From assembly GCA_964199315.1 (NCBI GenBank), contig OZ116698.1, positions 2,480,001 to 2,544,000 of the forward strand: 64,000 nt of DNA. The letters run 5' to 3'. Source of the DNA: Orbicella franksi (lineage: Eukaryota). Shown piece after piece: positions 47,643 through 61,185 of this stretch (positions within the stretch are counted from its first letter, which is position 1; each line of letters opens with the position of its first letter). Below the pieces are notes generated by a model. It was not told the origin of the DNA. It searched no databases and saw only the letters and a list, made by a program, of their open reading frames with translations. The position numbers and the translations under genes were made by a program.

Positions 47643-50600
47643 ATGGCTTCGGATGGTAAGAAGTTATATTTTATCCTGCAGCTGGGCGGTAGAAATATTT
47701 AAGTATTATGGACGTATAATTTATAAGAAATTTTGCGTTGGATGGGTGCTGTTTAATACCCTTCAATTCTATCTTTGATACGTGCGTGTTGTAAGCTTAT
47801 AAGCTTCTGTGTATACAAAAAAGCAAGGTTGCTCCACACTCCCGTAGCAACGTCAAAGTTACGTATATGTGCTTGATTAACTTGAAAAACTGTGCTGAAA
47901 TTGTGCACTTTCGATGCTTAGCACGAATCTTGCGTTTGCAAGCTTCACGACCGAGAGATGACAGTGAAAAATAATTGAAACGATCCTTGCTGAGAAATGC
48001 GAGTGATCGATATCTCTTCCGAATTAATATGTTATGCTTGTAGACACTAAGGTTACTGGGTTTTTGTAGTTCAGATTCAAGCGATGTTGCGCCTTTTTTG
48101 TGAGTTTTAACTTTTCTCTCTTCATAGTTCTTTGGCTTACGTTACTATTTTTTGCTATGACGCATGATTTTGCGGAACCGCAGATTTTTCCGATCTAACG
48201 GGAAGTGTGTTAGCACTGAAACTGTAAGAGCTTGGTCTAAAATGAAAGCCTCCTTAATTTTCAAACACTTTTTGGGGTTAAATCCTTTTTTGTAGTTATT
48301 GAGTTAAGCTTAATTGTTTGCACAAGAAGTATCGGCAGTTCAAGAGATCGTCAGCCTGCCTTTTCTGACCGTACATGAGAGGCGACTCGCATAAATATTT
48401 TCCAAGTGTGGCCGGTAGCCCTGCTTAATTTCCGTGTACATTTCTTCATGCCAAAGTGAAATGAATTACTTTATGTGCCTTTCCATTTTATTTAAAATGC
48501 TGTCAAGAATTTGCCTGGGCTTGTTGATACATCATTCAACAAATGACATTTTACAGTGCTCAGCTCAATCAAACTCAATCTGTTGATTGAGTTCGGCAAT
48601 CAAACCAATCGAACTCAGTCAATCAGATTATGTTCGACTGAGTTCAGTTTAACACAATCCAATGGATTGCATTTGATTATGTTTGGCGATCGAACTCCAT
48701 TGAACGCAAACCAGTGGATTGCTTCCGATTGTGTTCAGTGAATAAATTCATTTGAGTGAAGGTCATGTTCTGTGGTCTGAAAAACTTAATTTGCATGAAA
48801 CGCAAGTTATACTTGAGTAACTTACGGTGGCGGAACATAGTGTTTGATAACCTTGTTTTATTCATCTTTTCCTCTAAAACCCTTGATCCTTTGGCTGCAA
48901 AAAATGGTAAGATGCAAGTTAACAACATAAACTGTGGGCACAGGCATGTTTTTTTTTTTTTTTTTTTTTACAGTTAAGCTGAAATATTGGTATTGCCATG
49001 GCAACGTAAATAAATTTAAACAGGATCACTTTTCTTCATTTTGCATAAAATCTATTCTTTAGATTTTCTTCATTATTTGCATGCAACAAGATTGCAACAA
49101 TGCTCACATGTTAATGCTATTTGAATAAATAATAGTTAAACGGAGAGATTTTTAATTATCCTTTGTGGAACGATAACTGGATGGTCTAGAATTTCCTCTG
49201 CTATGTTTAATTTTTTTTGATACTGTTTAAATAGAATATAAATCCATTCCTCGTCTAATATGTATCCTGTATCAATGCTAGCCATTCCCTCAGAAATTTT
49301 CTTCAACCTCTTTACCGTTGCTTGTATCTAAGCGTGAACACGTGACCCTGAAACATGTTCTAATTGGGTGTCAAACGTGGCATGATTGGTCATCAAACAT
49401 TAGCAGACTGTAACACGAACTTTCACGCTCAAAGTTCAACACACGAAATGGCTGAAAGATTGGACATTGAAGACTTCTTCAGAGAAATTGACCCTGACCT
49501 GTGTCAATATGCATACACCTTTCCCAAAAGTGGTTTTACTTCTAGTACAACCTCAAAATATTGGCGGGAGCAAGACTTTCAGAGTCTTTCAGAGCATGAA
49601 AGTTTGCATTACTGTCTGCTAAACTTCAAATGTTTGATGACCTATCATGCCATGTTTGACACCCAATTAGAGCATGTTTCGGCATCAGTTGTTCACGTTT
49701 AGATGCAAGCGACAGTATTTGACTTTATCTGGTGTAAAAAAAACTGGATAAAGTAAGGAGGTAAGTTATGTATCAAGACTTTGTTGATGGAGGATTATGT
49801 GTACCAATAATTGGTAATTGTGGAAGTCCTGGCAAAATCATTTAAACTTGGACGGATTTCTAGATAAATAAATAAACTACTTTTTTCTGGTGTAAAATTC
49901 CTATGTGGGTGGATGTGATGTGCTGAGAAAATTTTGGTAGATTTCACCGCAGGAAAGTCAAGAAAATCAAAATCTAAGGTACAGACAGAAACACTGAAGA
50001 CGTCATTCATTTGGCAGATTACTTTTTAAGACTTGGGGGATATGTATTAACTCTAAACTAGGATGGTTGTAAAATACTATTTCATTATTGCTCAATAGTT
50101 CAGTTTGATCGGTTTGTAGTGGACTGGGAGTAAATACGAACATTAGCAAGCACAACATATTAAAGTGCACCGAACCCCCAAATTTTTTTTCACTAAAACG
50201 AATCTACTTGTTATTTGAAATACTTCTGTGAAAAAATTTTTGCATTCGGTTAAATCCTTGATTTTCTTGTCCCGACGAAATCTCAAAAATAGCTCCAAAA
50301 CACCGCCATTTTGTTTCATGACCGACTTTCAGGAGAATGGGCCCAGCGGCTGTTCTGACGTCAATATCTCGCATCCTCTCATTTCCTTCAGGATGGTGTA
50401 ATACACATTCGAAAAGTGGGCAGAAACGCCTTCCAGAAGTGCTGTCGACTGTTGCAGCAATATCTCAGATTTAAAGAAAGATATTCTGTACAATTTACTT
50501 GCGATGATCGGTCAATGGTACAATAAAGACGTAAATGATGGTTGATTTTGTCAAACCGAAACAAGCGAACTGAGTCTGTGAGAACCATTGAAGAACTCTC

Positions 50601-53600
50601 ACTGGAATTAGTTCCACAGACTTTGAAACGCTACTTTCAAAATTTTCTGCTTAAAGCTAACCAGCAATTTGTAGAAATACTACGGACAACCTATATCTTC
50701 CAATCCCGCAGTATTTATAAAATAGCTGGCAAAGTTGTGTGATCAATCAAGAAGCGTTACGACAAATAATTTATACTAATATGTAAATAGGTCACAACTG
50801 TATGCCGCCAACCAACACTCATTTCTCTTTCAATTTAGATAAAAGTCAAAGATTAATCCTTTAGAAATACATGATAACAACAAAAGTGTTAGACTGACAG
50901 AGTTTTTCGAAGGTTTGGAAATCAGCAGTGTGACAAACATTCTGTGCAAATAGTGCAGTGTCGAAAATATGACCGCATAACATTATCTGCAGACCGCTTA
51001 GGGAACACATCCTTTTCACTTATCTGACGAATTTCACGCAAACTTTGAGAAAAATTTACATTGGTTATTTGGAGTTACGACTTAAATGTGTGAGAATGTG
51101 AAATCGGTAATTGTGTGAAATGTTTCCTTCTGCCTTGCTTTCTGCAGCTTCAAAAATACAGGTCCAAACAGTACGATTTTAAATCAGTCGAAGCCAGTGT
51201 TTTGGAGGTCATCAAGTCTCAAAAACTGCAACAATTACGTCGCTCTTATAAACATGAAGCATTCAACAGAAAGTAAAACAAAAACTGGATTTAATAGGAC
51301 AATCATATCTTGACATAATACATTCTTGCTAAGGACAAATGTAAACGGGCTATAAACACGTGTGGAAATCTTGCATTTAGGTGATGAAATTACCATACAA
51401 ACAGTCCTTGAGTTTTCTTTCCTGCTTTTCGTTTGCCTGCGCCTCCACTTCGTATCTAGCTTTCCATTCCTAATATAGAAGCAGTTTGTCCGCAAAGAAG
51501 TCTTCCCCTTAGTCGCTTGAAATATTGTAAATTTCTCTCAAAGCTCTAAGCAGTGAGTTCACAGTTGTCAAACATGCTCAATCGAAGTTTATTTCGGAGT
51601 CTTCCGAATCGAAACTTAACTCTGACTCCAGTGACGAAAAAGAAATGGTTCTGAAACAAAACTTGGACGTTTTAGTCCCAGAATACATTGGAACAATTTG
51701 ATTAGTTTTGTTTTCCATTTTCTGCAGCAAATACAGAGAGCTGATGAAGGCGCCATTGTGTTTGGTTCCTGGGTAGACGTCATCAGCAACCGCCGCCCCA
51801 GAATATGGTCACACAACACTTTAAGCGCTACTTTGAAAGGGCATAGAAAATTGAGGATTCAACCAAATTAAAAAATTTTTTGGCCAAAATGCCTCCAAAT
51901 AATAAGTGGACTCGTTTTAGTGAAAAAAAAAAATCGGGAGGTTAGGTGCACTTTAAATGAATATTGTGGTCAAATACAGTAAACTAACTAAGCACACTTC
52001 AGCAAGATAATCTCTTTAAGGTCATTAAAGCAAGCAATGTGAAATTTTGTTTGTTTGTAAGCGATTAAACCACTTGTATTTTTGTTTTGGTCTTTATTTT
52101 ATAGATGATGATATTTCCCGTGGTTGTTGCGACTATGTACTGACAATTTTTTCAGTCCTCATTTTTATTTGTACTTTGCCTTTCTCCCTGTGCTTTTGTT
52201 TGAAGGTAATGTCTATAATAATATTATTGTTGTTTTGTTAACCTGGCTCCCTATTTCCTGATAGTTTTTTTGAATGATGATGTGGTAATAAATGAATGAA
52301 GTCAGTGCTCACTGAGCACTTTTCGCTCTAACTATTGACGAGCAGTATAACCTTGTGTAAGTCCTCATGTAAGGTGACCAAACACAGTTTTTGATGCCTG
52401 AGCTTTATTCACCCTTTTTTCTAAAACCCCTGATCCTTTGGTTGCAAAAATGGCAAGATGCAAGTTAACAAAACAGAGTTTGTGTGTTGGTAGTTTAACT
52501 GACACATGCGCTGTTGCCAGGGGAACATAAATACATGCAATGTCAACAATTTTTCAGTTTTTCATTCTATCAAGAAATCACGTCCATAGATCAATTTGTT
52601 ATGCCAAATTTAGCAAATATGTGAAGTTTCATAAGAATCTGTTGCAAAGTCATGAAAATATGCAACCCCTAAACTTGCCAATTTTTACTAAGAACTCTAG
52701 GCGACGGGACAAGCATTGCCCAGCATTTTTTCTGCCCTTTTATCATACACTGATGCCCACCTCTGTGTATTGGTGATTGCAGGGGAATTTTAAGAAGTCA
52801 AATGCCTTATTCATTTACCAATAGGTAGTTCAGTAACTAACTATTGATCAATTTGACACGGTCCAGCTTGCTTGACTAAAATATTTCATTTAGATAGTAC
52901 AAGAATATGAAAGAGCAGTTATATTCCGTCTTGGTCGATTGTTGTCTGGAGGAGCTAAAGGACCAGGTAACACTTTACTGTTTACGCCTTTCATAATTTA
53001 TATTACTACTTTCTCTGTTCTGTCCAGTAGCCCAGGGGCTAGTGAATTATGTTGTTGGGCTAGTGGTTTCTATCCTCTGCTTGCCCAGTGGGTATGTGTG
53101 TATTTCTTTAGGAGGGGGAAGAGGGGGGGGGGGGGGGCAGATTTTGGGGTACAGATTTTTGTATTTATTTAATATGGAATTAGTTAATCATGCTAGTAAG
53201 GAATTTTTTTGAGTTACTGAGATTGACTTTCAGGCCAGTACGTCAAAATTGATTTGCTTTGCACCCTGATGTTGGAATGGAGTAGTTTGATGTTTTGATT
53301 GTCAAGAAGCCAATCCTGAAGTACTTGTAGTGAAGTGATTACTTTCCCTTTCTGGACAGATATTTTCCATAAGTTTGCCTTCGCAGTACAATTGATCAGC
53401 AAGCCATGTATGAACTGCTCATTCATTGTTAGTCCCTGTTCAGTCAAATTACTACATCAGAAGAGCAAATTAGTAGGGTTTTGAATACAGCAGATTTCTT
53501 GTAAGGGAGAAGGATACTGGGAAAATTGTCAAATTCAAGTGTCATTAACACTGTTTTGTCAGGCATTTTTTCCCTGGTTCTTCAGCTCTTTCTTGTCTGA

Positions 53601-56600
53601 TTTTGTGACTATGATGTATTTGTAGGGTTGTTTTTCATTTTGCCCTGCATTGACTCCTATCAGAAAGTGGATTTGAGGACAGTGTCATTTGATGTTCCAC
53701 CACAGGAGGTACTAACAGATTTAGGTTATGTTAAATCAATCTGTAGGCTGTGTTCTGTGGTAGCCTTGATAACAAGCAAGCGGCTATCTTTATCTTCAGA
53801 TTCTGACCAAAGACAGCGTGACTGTGGCAGTAGATGCTGTTGTTTACTTCAGAATCAGTGACCCCACTATGTCAGTCACCAATGTGGAAAAGGTTGATCA
53901 GTCAACTCGCCTGCTAGCTCAGACAACATTGCGAAACTTTCTGGGCACCAAAAACCTGAGTGAAATTTTAGCAGACCGTGAAGAAATCAGCCATGCCATG
54001 CAGGTATGAATAATGATACAATGAACATTGCTCTTAAAGTGTAATAACTTGGAGGTTGATGTAAATTGATGATATATTATTTAGTATAGATAGTTATCTG
54101 TTCTGTATACTGTCAAATACAGACTTTGTGGATTTACGATCACAAGTGTTTATTTTGAGATCTCCCTTATGAGGTCAATTTCTGAACAATCAGGGTAGAC
54201 ATTAGGATCTAACCTGGGTTTTACTTTAGGCATTCTTATTTGTTTTGGTGGTGAGAGGGTGAAAAACTAAGGAATGCCATCATATATTTATTTGAGCAGT
54301 CCACAGTAAAAAGTCAGGAATCTGGACTTTTTTTGATTGTTCATAAAACAAAATACAATATTCAGTATTGCTCTGATTGGTTCCCTAAGTAAGTAAGGAG
54401 GGAAGGAAAGAAGGAAGGAAGGAAGGAAGGAAGGAAGGAAGGAAGGGAGGAAGGGAGGAAGGGAGGGAGGGAGGAAGGAAGGGAAGGGAGGGAAGTACAA
54501 TGAAACCTGTATTAATCGGACCTCATATTAAGCAGACCCCCTCTATTAAGCGGACACTAGCTTGAGTCCCTAAATTTCCTTCCCACATTTACTGTAAAAT
54601 AAACCTGCATTGAGTGGACACCTCTGTTAAGCGGACATGGACTCCAATATTAAGCCATTTTGTTTCACAAAACCTGCAATAAGCGGACACTTCAAGGGCA
54701 TTTGGCCTCTGAAAGTTCAGCTGAGACTCCTTTAACATTGTTCAGCAATGCTATTTTAAAGCTAAATGATTATTCCAGATTGCTGCATTGACTGACTGCA
54801 CATTGTGCTATGAGCAGTCTTTAATCTCACACTGTGTTACACTGTGCTACAAAAGGGTTAATAATCAGCTATTATTGCACAACATATTGAAACCTGTTTT
54901 GAGCAGACACCAGCTGTATTTAGCAGACACTAATGAGGATCCCAAGGGTGTTCGCTTAATACAGGTTTCACTGTATGAAGAGTAATGTTTTCTTGATGTT
55001 GTTATTGTAACTTGTTGTTGCAGTCCTCGCTGGATACTGCTACTGATCCTTGGGGGGTGAAAGTGGAACGTGTGGAAGTGTAAGTGTCACAGACAGTGGT
55101 AATAGGGAGTTAAAGCAAATCGCTATGGCTGGCGCTGATATGGCTGCCGGAAGTAAATTTCCCCCAAAATGAGACATTGCACATGTACGTCAGTCGCATC
55201 CAGCCGTAGCGTGAAATCTGACTGAGTGAGTCGGGATGTTTTGCCGTAGTGGCTACTACGTCGGGTCTATTTTGCTTCTGTGGCCCTTTTCAACGGACTT
55301 CTCGGCATTTTAAGAATTGCATTGGATACTATATCCTTAAAACTCAATTTAAGTCAAAGATTGTGTCAAGGTTGCCTCTCATAAGCTTGTAAATCCGTAT
55401 CCTGAATTTACGATAAGTTTTAGCAAAGGTGTTGGAATGGCAAAGCGAATCTAGTGAAATATTCGTGTTGAGCACAAGGTTGTTTTTCTTCGGTTAAGTT
55501 TGCTTTGAGGGTTTAGTGAAGATGTTTTTTATCTGGATAACTATATGATGCTCTTTTGCTTCTTTGAGTATTGATATATTTGTGTTCTTCACTCGATATT
55601 CTTTGAGACATTTGTCTCTGAAATCACATATTTCATCCATCAAATTGTTATGGTACAAAGTGTATGGCATTCACTTTCGCTCAGAAATAACCTGTTCTGG
55701 CGTCCGACCAAATAACAGTCATCGTCCTTTGAGCGAAGCCATTTGGCTGTGAGAAACTAAATGAAAGAGATTTTAAACTCCTTAGCCGATGTTTCTCTCA
55801 TCTTTGTATTTCGCTTTACGCGCTAAACTTAAAATTTGGCAGACCACTGAGACGTACTCTCCCCAGACCTTTTCAGACACGGCAGCCGTAGTAGCAGCAG
55901 CCATAGTGATTTGCTTAAACTCCCTAATAAGTTTGCACAACCAAGTGACTGACTATTAAACAACTTGTGATTTGATTGGCTGTACATGATGATGATTATA
56001 AATAGCGGTTTTAGTTAAACATGTAGCTTGTTACTATTGATGGTGTAGTAAAGTTTGATAGACATGCTGTTTTTGACAGATTCTTATCAAAAACTCCATA
56101 AGTCTCCAAGTTTTATTTGATTCATAAGAAAAAGTAGTAATGCACACTTGGGATTATTCTGGACATTCTCATGCCTTGGTCTGCTCTTGGAGACTGGAGT
56201 TAGCCATCAAATGATACTTGTTTTCCTGAGTGAGAATTTTAAAACACATATTTGTTTCAAGAATGATGTTTTCTTATTGTGTAGTTCCAGAAAATATCCA
56301 TACCCCCACCACAGAGGGAATTTCACACAAGTTCCCCCTCCTTCCCAGAATTTCCATTTTTTGAGCACAAAAATCCCCCACCCCTTCAGAATTTCCACAA
56401 GTTTTATGTATACCACCCATACCCTCTGGAAAAAATAGTTTTGGCAAGAAAGTGTGTTAAAGTTAAAGTTAACACTCCAAACACTTAGCTGTCTGCATTC
56501 CATGTCACTGCTGTTTATTCTCGAGTGATCGTAGCATCTGAAGATACACACAGAGAAAACATACAGCAGTTTATTTAAACATGCTTTAAAAGAAAATAGA

Positions 56601-58247
56601 TAAAATGGTAACTTGTCAAATTACCTTCCTAAACGACTAAGTCTCTTTGTAAATGTGGTACAATTTCTGTTGAAGGACTGATGAGTGTGGATGAAATTGA
56701 CACCATACTTTTAATCGAGAACACAATTGCCGACACACTCGCAACAAAAGCCAATTTTACAGCAAAATTACATACAAATGGACAGAGATAAACAAGAATA
56801 AGAAATTCTCAAGGTTATGAAATCTTAACATCATTTCTACCTTTGTAAAGAAATTCATTTTCACGAAAGAAATTGACTGCCACTTGACAGCTTCCAAGAC
56901 CGATGTGAAAACAAACTAGGCTTGTCACCAGTGCTTTTTGGTCTACATGGTGACTCCAATGTAGACTGGTAACAAGTAATGTTGGCCATTTCCACATAAC
57001 GGCACGTTCTTCGCTAGCTTCCAAAGTGCTTTTTGAAGAAAGAAAATTTATTTCAAATATAATGCGATTCAAATACAAGTATTCAAGCTACTATTTTTCA
57101 CATGAAAGATCTACTTAGTAGGTAAGAAAGGATTTTTGAACAGCTAGATCGATACTTGAATCCATATTGAATCAAAGGGCATCTGGAAACGAAATCGACC
57201 ATCCAACCCCCCTCCCCTCCAGAATTTCTTGGGTCTTTGATCCCCACCCCTTCGGAATTTCCAATACTCTTCGTGGTAGGGGTATGGATATTTTCTGGAA
57301 CCACACATTAACTCTTTGGGTGGTGATATTTTATGTGACCCCATCCCCTTGCTGTGTGGCCTTCTTTCACAAGGACATTTGATCTACGGCTGCACTCCTC
57401 ATTCAACTCTCTTTGTTCTATTTTTGCATCAATTGGCCAATTCCCCCTATGGGTTGGGCCTGCAGGGAATCATGGTACTTGTATTACTCACCTTGGACTG
57501 GATATTTATTTTGATGAATACAACTACCATGATGTCCCTCAGGCTCGTCTCATAGAGGGTATTGGTCATAAAGATTTTCAGGGTTTGTGCGTCACAATTA
57601 TGCACTGGAAAAACAAGTTCATCACATCTAACCCTTTTCAGTTCCTTTGTATGCCATCTGGTAGCCTCCTTCTAAGCATAAAGGTTGTGTATCATTTTGA
57701 AAAAACTAGGCATTTGTGGTGGAAAGATAAACAACAGAAAGTCCTACATTCAATTTCTCAGCTGACAGTTGTATTGTCTCTTATGTCTTTAGGAAGGATG
57801 TGCGTCTCCCACAACAGCTCCAGAGAGCCATGGCAGCTGAGGCTGAAGCCACCCGTGATGCACGTGCTAAGGTAGGTCTGTTAACAAGCAGTTGATTTCA
57901 CATTAAATATTGGGATTACACACTCCTGCCTAGTCACTACTACTAGTTTATTTCATTTCGAACATTGTCTATGTTTCATTTGTGGGCTAATGGAGAGATA
58001 GTGGTTTCTGATGTCCTTGTGATTAACTCCAAGTTGTTTCTTACCATTATTCCAGGTCATTGCTGCTGAGGGTGAGATGAATGCCTCTCGTGCTCTGAAG
58101 GAAGCTGCTGACATCATTTCTGAGTCTCCTTCTGCTCTTCAGCTGCGATACCTCCAAACGCTGACATCCATCTCAGCTGAGAAAAATTCCACTATCATCT
58201 TCCCTCTTCCTGTTGATTTCCTTAGTAGATTTTTGCCAAACAAGTGA
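47643..58247 (+). CDS. STOM: Stomatin paralogue 3, 266 aa
   Basis: Exons 47643-47655, 52105-52205, 52894-52966, 53626-53708, 53800-54003, 55024-55079, 57793-57871, 58056-58247. Same core exon lengths and phases as the other paralogues; open frame. The 13-nt first exon (ATGGCTTCGGATG|gtaaga) is less certain. Confidence 0.93.
50164..51952. mobile_element. Kolobok-like non-autonomous DNA transposon
   Basis: TTAA on both flanks; TIRs agtgcaccgaacccc / ggaggttaggtgcact with purine-start termini. Confidence 0.75.
54395..54494. repeat. (GGAA)n/(GGGA)n purine microsatellite
   Basis: Directly visible. Confidence 0.9.
54498..54973. mobile_element. Tc1/mariner-like MITE
   Basis: TA|caatgaaacctgtattaa ... 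ttaatacaggtttcactg|TA. Confidence 0.75.
55104..55925. mobile_element. MITE with AGGGAG termini and a 3-bp flanking duplication
   Basis: agggagttaaagcaaatcgctatggctg / cagccatagtgatttgcttaaactccct; AAT on both sides. Confidence 0.7.
56278..57307. mobile_element. DNA transposon of the TGTGTRGTTCCAGAAAATATCC family (both TIRs present)
   Basis: tgtgtagttccagaaaatatccatacccccaccac / gtggtaggggtatggatattttctggaaccacaca. A short relative lies at ~60102-60260. Confidence 0.75.
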
Positions 58248-58319
58248 CTAGACGGCCAAAAGGGGACAAACAAGGAACGCTATACTGAGTCACCAATGAC
58301 AGAAGTTAGTGTTCTTTAA
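58248..58319 (+). other. Predicted stop-codon readthrough extension of stomatin 3: (X)LDGQKGTNKERYTESPMTEVSVL*
   Basis: TGA-CTAG context; 23 open codons; conserved with the paralogue 1 extension. Confidence 0.8.
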
Positions 58320-60384
58320 AATGAAGCTGCTTCTAATGACACTTGCATGTATAACTTAGCTTGTACAGTAATTTTTTGTTCAAAGTTTTAAGATTGTCGC
58401 CCAGTTGTTTGACAACTATTTAAGTTGATTAACCCTATTTAGCCTGGGCTTCTTGTTTTGTTCATGCACTTAGTCCAAGGGAGGTGGGGGCACAAACCCA
58501 TGCATCCTCAAAAGAATTCTCTCAATGGTAGTGAAACTTGTAAGGTTTTTTAAAAATTCATGCCTGTTACTGAAGTGATAATCACATGCTGTTTATAACA
58601 CCACAGAATGCCAAAATTATGTCACACTTTTTCAAATGTCCACCATCTTGGATTTCAAATCTTTTTGAAATTAGTCAAGAACAGCTCCCAAATGGGTTCA
58701 AAAAATCTGGCAAATATCAGGATAAAAGAACTGCAGAGAATTTGTTATTTGTCGTCATAATATCAAAATTTTGACAAAAGCAAACTTTTAAGCACATGGA
58801 AAATATTTCATTTTGGTGAAACACTCTCTTAAACCATGGATGCTAGTACCTTGGAAACATCAAGTTAGGTGACCAAAAGCCAAGGCAGACACTTTGTACA
58901 CACCCTCCCCCTCCTCCCCCCTCAGGCTAAATATGGTGAAGTATTTTATTACTGGTACTGGTACTGGTAATGTTTTGTGGCAGTGTCATTCCTAATCCTC
59001 TTTAAAGTGAGCCATATGTTGAACAATGTTTGTAACATGTCAGCAATCATGTGGAAACCTTTTAACTAGGTGATGTGCTTCTGTCTAATGTGCTAGAGGA
59101 AACTTTGTACATGTACTTGATTGCAAGTTGGTCATGTTGATGTTTCATCTAAAGTTACCCTAATTATGGCCCCAACGATTCCAATTCCACCATCCTTGGT
59201 TCACAGAGGAATTTGCATGTGGGTTTGCGGGTGGAGCTCAAGTGCACAACTCCAATGAGGTTTATCAACTCAGTTTTTGTAGTTTTTTGTATCAAAGGCA
59301 AACAGGAATTTAAAAATAATGCAAGATGTATGTATTTTAAAAACTGAAAGATAAATTGCCTTTGATGTTGATGCTGCACCCTTGGGCTGACCTGTTATTG
59401 GGACAGGAAAGTTGTCAAATACCCAGAGGGGGAGGGGCTGTGAAGGGGCTTGGAATTCACAGAGCCATTAGCAGATCAGCAGCAAGTTCATTAAATGAAG
59501 GCAGAGGCTGTAGATAGTTGGCACGACTGTATGCTTATGTATAAAGATGCCAGATTTTACAAAGTCCTTGAGAAAGTAAGGAAAATAATAATATGGATAT
59601 CAATTTTGTCAAAACGATGCATTACCTTTTCTGCTTGAGCATTAGTTATTCAGGATCAGGTTGTTATTTAGCATGGTACTAAGTGCATTGATAAGTGATT
59701 GTATGAAGTAGATTTACTATTTACATATGGCTCATGAAGACAGACTGTATGAAAAGTCCCACATTTTGTCTGAAGTCCAGTCATATGTCTAGTATCTGGA
59801 TGGAGTGACATTAATATCCAAGAAGGATAATGATGCAAGTAGTAGTCTGTAGCAGTCACTAGGACTATGTGTAATGTTATAATGATCTTCAATTTTACAA
59901 TACCTGAAAGTGTTTTCTTAAAATAACTATTTAATAATGAGCATCTTAAAATTAATGTTGGTATAACCACCCTTGTAACAGGGAACTTTTCGGAAACACA
60001 GTAGTACAGTTACGAAAGCTTTTGATATTTAACATGTAGAACATTATACCAGTGTATCACATTAAAGTTGAGAAAATTGTTTATATGTCATCATTCTCAA
60101 ATGTGTAGCTCCAGAAAATATCCATACCTCCCCCACAGAAGGAGTTTTTCCAAGACCTCCCACTCCTCTGGAAATTCCAATTAAACTTGATACAAATTCA
60201 AATCCCTTCTGTATGGGGGGGGGGGGGGGGGGGGGAGTATGGACATTTTCTGGTACTGCAATATGTTATAAATGTCCTGAGCTGTATTCAATGTCAAGAG
60301 AGCAACCTTGGTATGATGTGTATTGTGATGGTAACTAGCCAGAAACATTTGTGAGCCTGTGTTCCTTTCCCCACAATAATTCAA

Positions 60385-61185
60385 GGGAGGGCTTGTCTTT
60401 GAGAATGTTGGCCCTTAGGCCTTGATGGTTGTATTTAACAAGTGTAAGGGAGGGCTCTTATTTGAGAATGTTGGATCTTGGGTCTTGATGGTCTTATTTA
60501 CCCAGTGTGAGGGAGGGCTCTTCTTTAAGAATGTTGGCCCTTAGGTCTTGATGGTCTTATTTACCCAGTGTGAGGGAGGGCTCTTCTTTAAGAATGTTGG
60601 CCCTTAGGTCTTGATGGTCTTATTTACCCAGTGTGAGGGAGGGCTCTTCTTTAAGAATGTTGGCCCTTAGGTCTTGATGGTCTTATTTACCCAGCACAAG
60701 GGAGGTCTCTTCGTTGAGAATGTTAGCCCTTAGGTCTTGGTGGTCTTATTTACCCAGTGAGAGGGAGGGGTCTTCTTTGAGAATGTTAGCCCTTGGGTCT
60801 TGATGGTCTTATTTACCCAGTGTGAGGGAGGTCTCTTCATTGAGAATGTTAGCCCTTAGGTCTTGGTGGTCTTATTTACCCAGTGTGAGGGAGGGCTCTT
60901 CTTTGAGAATGTTAGCCCTTAGGTCTTGATGGTCTTATTTACCCAGTGTGAGGGAGGGCTCTTATTTAAGAATGTTAGCCCCTAGGTCTTGATGGTCTTA
61001 TTTACCCAGTGTGAGGGAGGGCTCTTCGTTGAGAATGTTGGACCTTAGGTCTTGATGGTCTTACTTACCCAGCATGAGGGAGGGCTCTTTGAGAATGTTG
61101 GATCTTAGGTCTTGATGGTCTTATTTATGAAGAGTGAGGGAGGGTTCTTATTTGAGAATGTTGCCCCCAGGTCTTAATAGTCTTA
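60385..61185. repeat. 63-bp minisatellite, ~12-13 copies
   Basis: Unit gagggagggctcttctttaagaatgttggcccttaggtcttgatggtcttatttacccagtgt. Confidence 0.9.

Noticed and set aside
51616-51819. THAP-domain remnant in the Kolobok-like element
   Set aside because: Only a faint Cys/Trp/Phe spacing; too degraded to support.
60385-61185. CRISPR array or coding repeat
   Set aside because: No spacers and no long ORF; it is a minisatellite.
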